From the NCBI RefSeq assembly GCF_001194135.2, contig NC_068981.1, positions 86,253,049 through 86,317,048 of the forward strand: 64,000 bases of DNA, in the 5' to 3' direction. The DNA comes from Octopus bimaculoides (taxonomy: Eukaryota). Below, piece by piece: positions 13,302 through 26,363 of the stretch. Every line of letters starts with the position of its first letter. Positions within the stretch are counted from its first letter, which is position 1. The notes beneath the pieces were generated by a model. It did no database searches. It was not told the DNA's origin and saw only the letters and a list, made by a program, of their open reading frames with translations. A program made the translations under genes and the position numbers.

Positions 13302-13412
13302 GAAGTTGGGTTTACTCATTCCACAACACAGTCCAGTGAAACATCATTACCAAACACCGAAGACGGACCTGCTGTATTGGAAATTGAAGTAACACAAATG
13401 ACCAAGCTGTAA
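13302..13412 (+). CDS. Probable terminal coding exon (EVGFTHSTTQSSETSLPNTEDGPAVLEIEVTQMTKL*)
   Basis: ttttatattgtttacag acceptor; phase 0 matches the 11193 donor; TAA at 13410-13412; AATAAA at 13867 downstream. Confidence 0.65.
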   Translation, partial: EVGFTHSTTQSSETSLPNTEDGPAVLEIEVTQMTKL

Positions 13413-14812
13413 ATCAACACAACTGGTTTAATTTCAAACTCTATCTGATGGTGTGTCATAGGTACTGAGCAAAATCTCACAGCTGTACACTTCAACAAAT
13501 GGTTTTGATACCAGCAGCCTGAAGTCATAGTGACCAAAAGATAGTGGTGGGAAAATGCTCTCTTGTATTGTTACAAATGAATAGTAGGTTTCAATATGAT
13601 ACAAGAGAAATGTGTTAAACCACCGTTAGTTAAACCACTCATAGTATAGATCTTTCCCAGATGTTTTGTTAATACCAACTCAATACAAACTAAAAGTTTA
13701 ATTGTGCAAACTAATTTTTAAATGGTATTTTAATTGGTTACTAATTATAATATCAGTAAAATCTATTTTCTAAAACCTGATGAATGTCCATGGAAAATTA
13801 TACCATGGTTATGTAGTAATCAGATATTTACACTAATAATCATGATGACCTATGGCCATTGTGAAAAATAAACAAACAATTGGTAATAGTTTTAGTGGTG
13901 TTACATGATTCAGTTCAATGGTGTTATGTACATATAATAATATCAAACTTTCAAATGAAAGTTTTATGAAAATATGTACATTAGAGAAACATTATAAGCC
14001 ACCCTAGAATTATTCCAATATCGAATGTTAGTAATTATGCTCAAATGAATGTTAGCTACAACATGATTAGTACCTCTATTGGGTTCTTCCAAAATAAAAT
14101 CAACACCCCTGCAAACTCAATTTGTCCATTAATTGATTAATAATTCAGTTGAGTTAATCAAACATTAAAGCCATTTTTATAAGTGGAGGTATAACGAAAC
14201 AAAAAAAAAACATACTTGTCTTTTTATTGGTTAAATCTATTTTTTTACAAATTGTATAAAATTATTAGAGATTTGTTCTGCATTGGTGATTAGAACCACA
14301 AAGAAGACTCCAGTTGTTTAAATTATCAAACTGAAATTACAGTAGTAGTAATAATTCTACTAAGACTGCTTTATTGCTGGATAGAAATAAAACTATTATC
14401 ATGAGAAAAGCAATATTATGATGTGTAAAACCACAATGAACTGGGAAGATAGGTTTTTGATAATCTAGATTTTGAGAAAATGAGAAGACAACGGTATAAG
14501 TTATATATAGCTGAGCATATATTACTCTAGTTTGAAATGTTTTTGTTTTTTTTTCTATGGGAAATATAGATGCTGTAAATAGAAAACATGAAAGAGATTA
14601 TAATCACTTTCATTTAATCTGGATCTCAGCATGACCATGAACTTTCATTTCTTCATAACAAAAAAATATTCCATCCATCAATTACTCTCAGTTTAACCTC
14701 CACTTTTAAGATCTTTCAAATAAATGATTTAAAGAAAAAAACAATAAAAAAAACAATAAAAAAAACACAAAAAATGTTTTAGTCTTTATTCCCATTACTA
14801 TTATTTTAATGT

Positions 14813-15201
14813 GGAGGTGCAATGGCCCAGTGGTTAGGGCAGCGGACTCGTGGTCATAGGATCACGGTTTCGATTCCCAGACTGGGCGTTGAGTGTTTAT
14901 TGAGCGAAAACACCTAAAGCTCCACGAGGCTCCGGCAGGGGATTGTGGCGAACCCTGCTGTACTCTTTCGCCCCCACTTTCTCTCATTCTTACTTCCTGT
15001 TTCTGTTGTGCCTGTAATTCAAAAGGTCAGCCTTGTCACACTGTGTCACGCTGAATATCCCCAAGAACTACGTTAAGGGTACACGTGTCACTGACATGTG
15101 CTCAGCCACTTGCACGTTAATTTCACAAGCAGGCTGTTCCTTTGATTGGATCAACAGGAACCCTCAACATCGTAAGCGACGGAGTGCCAACAACAACAAC
15201 C
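14813..15201 (+). mobile_element. tRNA-derived SINE family A, (AAC)n tail
   Basis: A box TGGCCCAGTGG, B box GGTTTCGATTCC; TSD ATTTTAATGT at 14803-12 and 15202-11. Confidence 0.9.
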
Positions 15202-16582
15202 ATTTTAATGTTTGCTTTTGCATGATTGCTTAGATCAGATAGAATACATTAAAGCAAATTTTCTTCTGCTACATTTTCTTCCTGTTGCCAACACTCACCC
15301 GTTTCCAAACAAGGTAATATTCCCACATGACCAGACATAAAAGATTGGAAGATGTCAAAACAAGGAGACACAGACACACACACAGATGTGGTTGTGTGAT
15401 AAGAAGTTTGCTTCCCAACTACATGGTTCCAAGTTCAATTCCACTGCTTGGCACCTGGGCAAGTGTCTTCTACTATAGCACTGCACTGACCAAAGCTTTG
15501 TGACCAAAGCTTTGTTCAACAACTTATCTATCTATGTGTGCATTTTTGTGTTTGTCCCCCATCAGTATTAATTTGTTTACATCCCTGTAACTTAGTGGTT
15601 CAGCAAGAGACCAAAAGAATAAGGTCAAAACAATATGAGCAGTGGGGTCAAATTGTTTGACCAGACCCTTCAAGGCGATGCCCCAGCACAACTGGTCCAA
15701 TGAATAAAACTAGTAAAAAATACAAGATATACATACACCCCCACCATACATATAATATACAACAGGCTTCTTTCACTTTCCATCTACCAAATTTACTACC
15801 AAAGCTTTGGTTGACCTAAGGCTCTAGTAGGAGATGCTTGCCCAAGGTACCATACAGCAGGACTGAACCTGAAACCATGTAGTTGGAGGACAAACTTATT
15901 AACCACACAAAAATATTTATAAATGTTTAACAGGTTGCTTCCCAACCACATGATTCCGGATTCAGTCCCACTGCATGGCACCTTGGGTGTCTTCTACTAT
16001 AGCCTTGGGCCAACCAAAGACTTGTGAATGGATTTGATAGATGGTTAAGTGAAAGAAGTCCATCAAATAGATTGTGTGTATGTGTGTTTGTACCCCATCA
16101 CTGCTTAACAGCCAATGCTGGTTTGTTTACGTCTCCATAATTTAGCAGTTCAACAAAAAGTGACTGACAGGATAAGTACTGAGAATCAATTTATTTGACT
16201 AAGCTCATCAAGGTGATGCCCCAGCATGGCCACAATCCATGTCGTTTAGCCTCAGGTCATCTCAGAAAAAAACAGACCCCCAATCACAGATGTTCCAGCC
16301 TTACATTGTGTAATGTGTCCTCCTTTTATTATTTTAAGATAGTAGGGTTTAATCTGGCTGCTATTATTAACAGGTGAAACATATGCACAGCATATTTATC
16401 ATCATCATCACTTAATGTTCATTTGCCCAAGGTGCTCTGCAGCAAGAACGAACCCAAGATCACATAATTCCCAACCATACAGCTATGGTAAGTAAAAAAT
16501 TGATGGTGCACTTCATATAGAAAGTTTAAAATCTTTTTTTTAATATATAGACAATTACTTCTTACCTGGTTTTTATTAATAA

Positions 16583-18435
16583 CTAGCAGAAATACCCGGC
16601 GTTGCCCGGGTTAAAGAGAATAATGAAATCTAAAAACGCCGTCTAGACTACGCATCATCTTTATATATAGAGATGTATATACACACACACACCCAAACAC
16701 ACGTATATATATGTATATCAATATAAATATATGAAAGTCAATGAAGTTTCGTAAAAGGTGATCATGTACATACTTTCTTGCTGTTGTGATCTTTATCACG
16801 AGTCGTGTTCCATTGCAAAGTTTTGGTGGTTCCAGATTGCGGAGCAGCATAACAGGCGTTCCAACTTTAAGTGATAATATGTGGGGAGGTAGTCCTGGAG
16901 GCTCCAACGAATTGAGAAATTCAGGAGGATAGTTCACCACTTCATTTGTATCTGGAACTGTATCAACAGACTTGTAAGTTTGAAGATTGCCGGGAAGAGA
17001 ATGCATCAGGTGTTGATTAATTTTTGTAACAGCTACGTTTTTTGGAGCTAATATTGCTCTTTCACATAGCCAATTGTGATTTTGGTAGTTTTGTTTAAAG
17101 TTGGGAAAGACTTTGTGTTTGAGGTCATCTACAGAATTAACAACAGAACAAAATGGCCGGAGGTCTGCAACGAAATAATTTTACTCAACACTTTNNNNNN
17201 NNNNNNNNNNNNNNNNNNNNNNNNNNNNNNNNNNNNNNNNNNNNNNNNNNNNNNNNNNNNNNNNNNNNNNNNNNNNNNNNNNNNNNNNNNNNNNNNNNNN
17301 NNNNNNNNNNNNNNNNNNNNNNNNNNNNNNNNNNNNNNNNNNNNNNNNNNNNNNNNNNNNNNNNNNNNNNNNNNNNNNNNNNNNNNNNNNNNNNNNNNNN
17401 NNNNNNNNNNNNNNNNNNNNNNNNNNNNNNNNNNNNNNNNNNNNNNNNNNNNNNNNNNNNNNNNNNNNNNNNNNNNNNNNNNNNNNNNNNNNNNNNNNNN
17501 NNNNNNNNNNNNNNNNNNNNNNNNNNNNNNNNNNNNNNNNNNNNNNNNNNNNNNNNNNNNNNNNNNNNNNNNNNNNNNNNNNNNNNNNNNNNNNNNNNNN
17601 NNNNNNNNNNNNNNNNNNNNNNNNNNNNNNNNNNNNNNNNNNNNNNNNNNNNNNNNNNNNNNNNNNNNNNNNNNNNNNNNNNNNNNNNNNNNNNNNNNNN
17701 NNNNNNNNNNNNNNNNNNNNNNNNNNNNNNNNNNNNNNNNNNNNNNNNNNNNNNNNNNNNNNNNNNNNNNNNNNNNNNNNNNNNNNNNNNNNNNNNNNNN
17801 NNNNNNNNNNNNNNNNNNNNNNNNNNNNNNNNNNNNNNNNNNNNNNNNNNNNNNNNNNNNNNNNNNNNNNNNNNNNNNNNNNNNNNNNNNNNNNNNNNNN
17901 NNNNNNNNNNNNNNNNNNNNNNNNNNNNNNNNNNNNNNNNNNNNNNNNNNNNNNNNNNNNNNNNNNNNNNNNNNNNNNNNNNNNNNNNNNNNNNNNNNNN
18001 NNNNNNNNNNNNNNNNNNNNNNNNNNNNNNNNNNNNNNNNNNNNNACAGTATCGAAATGGTGTACATATACATGTATATGTATACATATACATCTCTGTC
18101 TCTCTCTTTCTCTTTCTGTGAAAGTATCTGTCATTACAGTATCGAAATGTGATTGTTTCAGTTAGTGGAATAGTTTCATTTTTAAAGTGAAAGTATTTGA
18201 CATGAGTGTTTTTGTTTCACTTTTGACAAGTAATACTTAAATAGTGGAAGAGATATTATGTTGCCGTGTGCTTGAACTCTGCAAGAAGTTAAAAAAATTT
18301 TTTGACTAAAACACAACTGGAACCCTAAGTAAGGCATGTGTAAAATTTGAATGAAATTGGTTGCGTAGTTCTCGAGTTTTAGGGATTCACACATACAGAC
18401 AGACAGACACACATTCTCATTTTTATATATATAGA
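16583..18435 (-). mobile_element. Non-autonomous Helitron with PIF1-helicase fragment (spans a gap)
   Basis: - strand 5' A|TC at 18435; 3' hairpin ACCCGG-N6-CCGGGT then CTAG|T at 16583; fragment NYPPEFLNSLEPPGLPPHILSLKVGTPVMLLRNLEPPKLCNGTRL. Confidence 0.85.
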
Positions 18436-19282
18436 TTGTTTATAACAAAATCAGGAATTATATATTTTCCAAGAGTTACCTAAATACCTTTTGCAACACA
18501 CTAGTATTCTGCAGTACGTTGTTTGAGAACCACAAGCATAGAGGCTTCTCATATTCAACAGGTATTTTAAAACTTAGCAAATATATAAATTTTGCATTAA
18601 AACAGAAATATTAACTGAATAACCAAGACCATTAATTCTACATTTCATGGAAACCATCATGAGAAAAATTCCCTTATTGAATATACATATTTTGTTGAGG
18701 TTTCTAAACTTTCAGACATGCTGTTCTAAAATGTCAGCAGGATTGTTTTTGTAAAATAGTATAACACCTCTGTCAGATTATTTCACATGATTTATTCAAT
18801 CACATTTTCAAGTTTGTCCTTTCATTTTTCTCAACCCTGTCACAAATCCTTTGCCTCTCCCGTTCTCTGCCATACCCCCTCATTCTATCCTCCTACTTGT
18901 CATCCCTCATCTCTCCACCTAGGATCATTATCCACTCTCTTCTGTTCTCCTTCAGTTATCTATCAGACCAACTTAAGTTACAAGGTAATCATCACTAGTG
19001 TTGGTGCTATGTAAAAAGCACCCAGCACACTCTGTAAAGTGGTTGACATTAGGAAGGACATCCAGCCATAGAAACCATGCTAATGTAGACATTTGGTATG
19101 GCACAGTCCTCTAATACATTAGACTGTTAAACCATCCAAACCATACCAGGCGTTAAATGATGACTGTGGCGATGATGATTAGTAATGATGATGATGATTT
19201 ATTCAATGGAAGCAACTGGTGAAATATAAACAAGACAATTACTGAATTAAAGGAAGAACAATTCAAAATACAATTTTTTTCT

Positions 19283-19288
19283 TTTATT
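19283..19288 (-). terminator. Candidate poly(A) signal for Tim13
   Basis: AATAAA on - strand about 350 nt after the stop codon; another at about 19198-19203. Confidence 0.35.
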
Positions 19289-19635
19289 AAAAACTTATTT
19301 GTCAACAAAATTGCACTATGCATTTTTTTTTTGATTATACAATTTTCAAATTTCTATTTCTTTTTGTTTTCAAATAAATAAAACAGAAATGAACTGTTTC
19401 AATGGATATTTTCCCACATGGGTGATAAAGAAAGACAAAAAATAAAAATGAATCAAGTCGTTATCTATATCTCTCATAGTTGATATACATAACATCATTG
19501 CTACAAGAAAGAGCTGCAGAGAACTCCAAAGTTTGTTCAGTATTACTATTGAAAATTCAAAACAGGTCAGTACAAAGGGTACATGATCTACAATCCTGAA
19601 TAAATTCAATGCAGCATGAAGATTGGAACCCACAT

Positions 19636-19734
19636 TTACATTTTTGCCCGTTCTTTACTTAGACGACTGCTGTATACTCGGGAAACTAAATTCCAAGAAT
19701 CCATGTAGCGATCCATACACATAGCTATGCATTT
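19636..19734 (-). CDS. TIMM13: Tim13 exon 3 ([32 protein letters not shown])
   Basis: ttttatag acceptor; second CX3C motif; TAA stop; spliced product is 91 aa of the small Tim (zf-Tim10_DDP) family. Confidence 0.97.
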   Translation of the reverse strand, partial: KCIAMCMDRYMDSWNLVSRVYSSRLSKERAKM

Positions 19735-21101
19735 CTATAAAATACAAATTAAAAATGAATATAATGACAATGTTTTTATGTAGTATGTTTATAAAATAAA
19801 GGCAATAGGTGGATACAAACACAAAAACACACAAGCTTCAGTACAGTTTCCAAATCCTAATTTCATTCATGAGACCCTAATCAACCTGAAGTTATAACAG
19901 AAGACAACTGCCCAGTGTTACACAACAAAAACAAACCTTAAACTACATAGTTGCAAAAAGTGAATTCCTTGCCCATATGAAAATGCCTGGCTAGTAGTTT
20001 TGCAAATTTAAGCATTTCAGCCTGAACTTAACAGAGTACCCAACAATTGTAATGTTACCATTTTAAAGGTTAGATGGATCATCACAGTCCAACTTAGTTC
20101 TTATTGAGAGTTACTGCCTTCTTAGACAAGTTGAAGGACATCTCACACATACATTTTAATTTTGGTTTGATTTCTATGGCTCGATGCCCATCCTATCATC
20201 AAACTGATTTACAGATTGTACTGAGTGCATTTTATTGTAACACCAACATTAGAGAGTTTCTCATGTCTTTGACAAAGCTAAAGAGTCTTTTCAAACTTAT
20301 GTTGCTTCTACTTAATAACCACTTTACAAAGTGTACTGAATGTAATTTGCCAAGTTACATTCTTGCCTTCTGCTCTGTATGACTAAATGGTCCTCACTGC
20401 TCCATGCAGTGACCATTTGGTTAATTTATCAAGAGTGATGACAGGAAGAAGTAGGATATGTGAATGAAAGGAACAAGTGTGTGATGGTTGAGATAGGGTT
20501 TAAGGGATGAGGGGTGACTGAAGGAAAGATGCAATGTTGACTGCTAGTACAGAAAGACTGATGTTGGTAGGGGGTTAGAGACAATTCAATCCCTCATTAA
20601 ATAAGCAGTATAACCTGTTGAGAGGAGAGTAGTGTCAGAAAGATGAAAGGACAGATCCGAAGACATTCCTGCACAGACTGCAGGGTACAATGTATAGCAG
20701 AAATTTACTGTTACACAATGCAAGGAGTGGACAGAGAGAGACTAGTAGAAAATGAGATGAGTGATGAACTAACACTTTAAGATTAACTCCTGAATATTTC
20801 GCGGAGTTAAGGGTAAATCTATTGGGTTATTTCTGAAAAAAAAAACCTGAAAGTGTAGCCTGTGTTGTGCCTGTATGGAAAGATAGTTGCTCATCTGCTA
20901 CTCATTGAAAAGTGAAAGAAAGTGGAGTACGATGATTACTTAATGCACATTATTCATACACTTTATATACTTTTTATGTACAATTTTATAGGCTTAAAAC
21001 ACAGCACTCATAAAATAAATATTCACTCTTATTTTTCCATTTCCTCTTTAAACCCCAAAAAAAAAAAATCCCATACATATTGAATACCCGTCAGAGTGTA
21101 A

Positions 21102-21798
21102 GTATCTTGAGAGAAAAGNNNNNNNNNNNNNNNNNNNNNNNNNNNNNNNNNNNNNNNNNNNNNNNNNNNNNNNNNNNNNNNNNNNNNNNNNNNNNNNNNN
21201 NNNNNNNNNNNNNNNNNNNNNNNNNNNNNNNNNNNNNNNNNNNNNNNNNNNNNNNNNNNNNNNNNNNNNNNNNNNNNNNNNNNNNNNNNNNNNNNNNNNN
21301 NNNNNNNNNNNNNNNNNNNNNNNNNNNNNNNNNNNNNNNNNNNNNNNNNNNNNNNNNNNNNNNNNNNNNNNNNNNNNNNNNNNNNNNNNNNNNNNNNNNN
21401 NNNNNNNNNNNNNNNNNNNNNNNNNNNNNNNNNNNNNNNNNNNNNNNNNNNNNNNNNNNNNNNNNNNNNNNNNNNNNNNNNNCGTTGCCAGTACCGCCTG
21501 ACTGGCTCCTGTAGGATTTTCGAGCGAGATCGTTGCCAGTGCCCCTGGACTGGCTTGTGCGGGTGGCACATAAAAGACACCATTTCGAGCGTGGCCGTTT
21601 TCGTGCGGGTGACACGTAAAAGCACCCACTACACTCTCTGAGTGGTTGGCGTTAGGAAGGGCATCCAGCTGTAGAAACTCTGCCAAATCAGACTGGAGCC
21701 TGGTGTTGCCATCCGGTTTCACCAGTCCTCAGTCAAATCGTCCAACCCATGCTAGCATGGAAAGCGGACGTTAAACGATGATGATGATGATGATGATG
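21102..21798 (+). mobile_element. RTE LINE 3' end (gapped)
   Basis: Same 3' UTR and (GAT)n tail as the 25027 copy. Confidence 0.85.
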
Positions 21799-22347
21799 TT
21801 ACAACCATTAAATTGCATATATCTACTACGTAAATAAGTGCAAATATTTCATGGAATTGCACTTATGTGCATGTGTTAAATGATAGGTGATATAAAAAAC
21901 TTAGTTCAATTAAGAAAAGAAATACACTTTTCACTATCCAATCAACACCACCACCACTATTATCATCATCTCTCTCTCTCTCTTTTTGCCTTTCTTTAAC
22001 CTCACCATCAGAACATTACTCCTCTGCTAAAATTATATTTTTAACTCTTTTTAACCACATAATAAATATTACATTTCCCCTACCTCACATCATGGACGCT
22101 TCTTTCTCCCTCTTTCTGTCTCACTCTTTGCCTTATCCTCTTTTTCTCTCTCCTCTCTTTTCCTTCAACTAATCATGTAAAACCATTACAATTACATCCC
22201 CACTGCCTCCCTCTTTTTCTCTAATCATGTGGAAACATTACCAACGGGCTAAGTAACAGAATGACAAGCAGAATTATTATAAGATATGAAAAAAAAATTT
22301 TATTTTCTTTGCACAAATGTTGTATTCTCTATAACAATTGAACTTAC

Positions 22348-22416
22348 CTGCTCAGAATTATCTAGAGAAGAACCAGGTTTCACTATACATTTCTTGAAAC
22401 ATTTCTCTGACATTCT
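22348..22416 (-). CDS. TIMM13: Tim13 exon 2 (RMSEKCFKKCIVKPGSSLDNSEQ)
   Basis: ttttttcgtag acceptor; CAG|gtaagt donor; first CX3C motif; phase 0-0. Confidence 0.97.
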
Positions 22417-22551
22417 CTACGAAAAAATAAATACGTAATTTCTCATTAGATTTGTAACTTTCGTGGCAACAAAGAATGTAAAGTGATTACAAACAATAAT
22501 CAAAATCAAGTCATGACATCAGTACGTGATGATGATGATAATAATAATAAC

Positions 22552-24140
22552 AAAGGAAAAGTCATATGAACATGAATCAGAGGCTGTGATAGAAAATGAG
22601 AATTACAATATCTTGTGGGACTTCCCACTAAAGACTGACCATGCTTTTGAAGCAAGACCAGGCAAGATTATAGAGGACAAAATAAACGAACAGTGTCTGA
22701 GGGTGGGCTGAAAAGTTCATAGGCTGACTAGGAAGGAGTGATGCTAGAGCTGTGAAATCTTGCATGCATTGATTTCAACCATTCTTATTAATAACTGCAT
22801 TGTTTCCTTCCAGTTAAAATGACATCTGACTTCTGCAATACTAGTTCCCAGCCAAGTGTTTTTTTTATGTTGGGAAACAGATGTTGAGAAACAAAAGGAG
22901 AATAGAGAAGCTGATTAACCAGTTCAAAGCCACAGTTATGCACAGCAGCCATTGAAACGAAGGACTGGACTGTGTTCTGGAGCATTGTCCTCATGAAACA
23001 AGACACCTTTCATCAGTTTTCCTGGGTATTTGGTCTTGACAGCCTTTTGTAACTACCTCAGCAAGTTGGCATAGTACTCTCCACTGACAGTGTGGCCCTT
23101 TTGAAAAGAGTCAATAAACACAATGCCTTTTGCATCCCAAAAAGCTGATGAAATGATCTTGGCTTTCTTTGGAGCAAGTGAGAAGGGAATTTTCCACTGT
23201 ATGGACTGTCTCTTTGTCCCTGGCTCAAGTGATGAAGCCAACACTGACCCTAAGTTAGAAAACATTCAAGGAGACCAGCTGGATCTGCCTCAAACAATGT
23301 CAGATTTTCCCATGATGTGATCAACCTGGTGCACTTTTGATTGGGTATTAGGTGTGGCACTGAGCTGAAACCTGTGTCATGCCAAGTTCATTGTGCAGAG
23401 AGATTCTCAACTCTCTCACAGGATGTGCTAACAACATTGGATATTAGCATAGAGTCGATCACCTGTCATTCATCAGCATGTGGTGAACTCAATTAATGTT
23501 TTCTTTGGTGGTGGCAGTTGTAGGACGTCCACACATTGGGTCATCTTCAAGATTCTGCCTTCGCCTCCTAAAATCAGTTGCCCACTTTTGCACTGTTGAA
23601 GCTGGAGTGTCATCCCTTAATGTAACAACCATGTCAGTATGAATGTCCTTGGGGAGCTAAACCCTTTTTCTCTTGGTACTTGATAACACCACAATGTCAA
23701 ATTTTGTCCATTTTCAAGAGAAGTCACTAGTTACTTTTGAAGTCTTCTTTGAACAGTCAGATGTCAGTTTACCTGAAAAGAAACAATCCAATTATTAATG
23801 AGAAGGGCTGAAATTAATTCATGCAAAATTCAACAGCTCAAGCATCACTCATTCATAGTCAGCCTATGAACCTTGTAAGATTATAGATTTTGCAATTCCC
23901 TATGATAGCAGAGTTGATACCAAAGAAAAAATAGAGAAATATCAAGATCTAGCCAGAGAACTGAAGAGATTGTGGAAGACCAAGACAACAATTATTCCGG
24001 TAGAAATCAGTGCACTTGGCACAGCACCCAAAATGCTACCTAAAAGACTAAGTGATTGGAATTGAATCTCACATTGTCAACATGCAGAAAAGTATCATCC
24101 TATATTCTGAAAGACTCCTAAGAAAGATTCTTGAGATTTG
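22552..24140 (+). mobile_element. R4/Dong-type LINE C-terminal (RLE) fragment split by a mariner insertion; pieces about 22552-22696 and 23881-24140
   Basis: ILWDFPLKTDH...RP before the insertion and IDFAIPYDSRVDTKEKIEKYQDLARELKRLW...ISALG after it. Confidence 0.8.
22697..23874 (-). mobile_element. Degenerate mariner transposon
   Basis: Transposase relic SSAFWDAKGIVFIDSFQKGHTVSGEYYANLL; about 60-bp imperfect terminal inverted repeats (aagttcataggctgacta...). Confidence 0.85.
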
Positions 24141-25026
24141 AGGAGACTTGTCGCCAAACATCAAGATAAAATACCTACTAAATTAGCATGCACTAACTTT
24201 GTCATCACAGCAGCAAAGATTTTTAACATGGCACACAACAAGAAATTTAGGATTTAAGGTAAAGTTACTTTCTCAAGTCATACTGACTCATAAGGGCCAG
24301 TTTCCAAGTTTCATGGCGTATATATTCCCCACCTGGACGGAACACTCATCTGTTGCAGGATCGCTCATTTTTGCCAGCTGAGTGGACTGAAGGAAATGTG
24401 AAATGAAGTGTTTTGCTCGAGAACACATGTCACCCAGTCGGGAAATCAAAGCCACAATCTTACAATCATGAGTCCAACACCCTTCCCACTAAGCCATGTG
24501 CCTCCAAATCCTTTAGGATTTGGTAGCAGTAGATTAAACCAAACCTACTATATAATTAGTGCTTCTTTTATATCCCCAGAAAAATGAAATGCAAGATAAA
24601 CTCCAACAGGATTTGAATACTAAATATGAAGAGACAACCAAACACTCCAAGATATTTTATCCTGTGCTTTATTCAGTTTGCCAATCCACTATCTTTAACG
24701 TACACACATCTTCTAACTTTAATAGAAGGTATGTTTGGCTATATTGACCCCAGAACTAACCTTGAAAGGACAAAAGCTAAAGTCAACTTTAGTGGAATTT
24801 GAATTCAATATATCAACAACAAATGTTTTCAGCCAAAAATTCTGTAGGAGTTGATTATTAATCTGATTCACTTCTAACACTGACAGAAGAAACGTTTTGA
24901 TCACATTTTACTAAATCTAATTTTCAGAATGAGAAAAGGGAGGAAATTATTACAAAATATACACAAAGCAATAAAACATTTAAGTTTAAGAAGTTATAGC
25001 CTTAGATATTACTTCATGTTGAGGAA

Positions 25027-25713
25027 AGGCTGAACATTAGAAGCATCTTGAGAGAAAAGCTGAAAAGCTGAACATTAGAAGCATCAGTTGTGGCGTGCAA
25101 GAGAGACGATTGCGCTGGTATGGACATGTGGTGAGAATGGATGAGGATAGCTGCGTGAAAAAGTGCCACACCCTAACAGTTGCGGGAACCCGTGGAAGAG
25201 GTAGGCCCAGGAAGACCTGGGCTGAGGTGGTGAGGCAAGACCTTCGTACATTGGGCCTCACCGAGGCGATGAGTACTGACCGAGACCTTTGGAAATGTGC
25301 TGTGCGTGAGAAGACCCGGCAAGCCAAGTAAGATCGTTGCCAGTGCCCCTGGACTGGTTCTTGTGCGGGTGGCACATNNNNNNNNNNNNNNNNNNNNNNN
25401 NNNNNNNNNNNNNNNNNNNNNNNNNNNNNNNNNNNNNNNNNNNNNNNNNNNNNNNNNNNNNNNNNNNNNNNNNNNNNNNNNNNGGCACATAAAAGACACC
25501 ATTTCGAGCGTGGCCGTTTTCGTGCGGGTGACACGTAAAAGCACCCACTACACTCTCTGAGTGGTTGGCGTTAGGAAGGGCATCCAGCTGTAGAAACTCT
25601 GCCAAATCAGACTGGAGCCTGGTGTTGCCATCCGGTTTCACCAGTCCTCAGTCAAATCATCCAACCCATGCTAGCATGGAAAGCGGACGTTAAACGATGA
25701 TGATGATGATGAT
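25027..25713 (+). mobile_element. 5'-truncated RTE-clade LINE (ORF C-terminus, 3' UTR and (GAT)n tail)
   Basis: QERRLRWYGHVVRM...RGRGRPRKTW typical of RTE ORF ends; (GAT)n tail. Confidence 0.9.
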
Positions 25714-26363
25714 GAAACATGTACATTCAGTTTGAGAGTTAGTTTTCAAAGATCATATAACTAAAAAATGATGAATTAAAGCAAGACAGACAAATAAATT
25801 CGAATTCCTGATTATTTTCAAAATAACTCTAATACAGAAGGAGTGTACTTCTTTGGAAATATAGTAATGAAAGATTAAACCAGTTACATCAAGTGGAAAA
25901 GTGCATAAACTGTCATAAATGATAGCCAGTTGAGAAAGCAACCAAATGGCTGCAGATGGACTGCCTTTGATCATAAGTCTACTCAATTAGGACAGACTTG
26001 AGGCTGCACAACAAGCCATCACTTGTATAACACATATAATACATAAAACTTCTGCAATGTTATCTATATAACTATTGTAGCTTCAGTAAATTTTAAAGAA
26101 CAGTTAATAATTAGTCACTTACTTTTCACTCTCTCTCTCAACTTTCACAATAAAGACACAACAGAAAGAAACAGATTTATGTTATCCTAATTGTACAAAT
26201 TATAATTATTGTGAGCTGAGAAAATTTCTGGATGGAGCAGGCTAGGGCAACAGTTTTTAAATTTCTTGAAAATAGTTTAATAATTGGTTCAAAATTTAAT
26301 TACTTTCAATCAGTGGATAATTTTAGCACCTAAAATTGGTTTAATTTTAAGAATATAATAGTG

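Noticed and set aside
14813-14890. tRNA genes at SINE heads (also 35819, 41341, 45856)
   Set aside because: A/B boxes only; no full cloverleaf; each continues into SINE body and tail with TSDs
16611-17006. Host PIF1 helicase gene
   Set aside because: Short fragment without splice structure, inside canonical Helitron termini
17076-18152. Long ORFs spanning N runs (also near 3.0, 8.2, 21.1, 42.8, 56.5 and 63.1 kb)
   Set aside because: Artefacts of assembly gaps read as X
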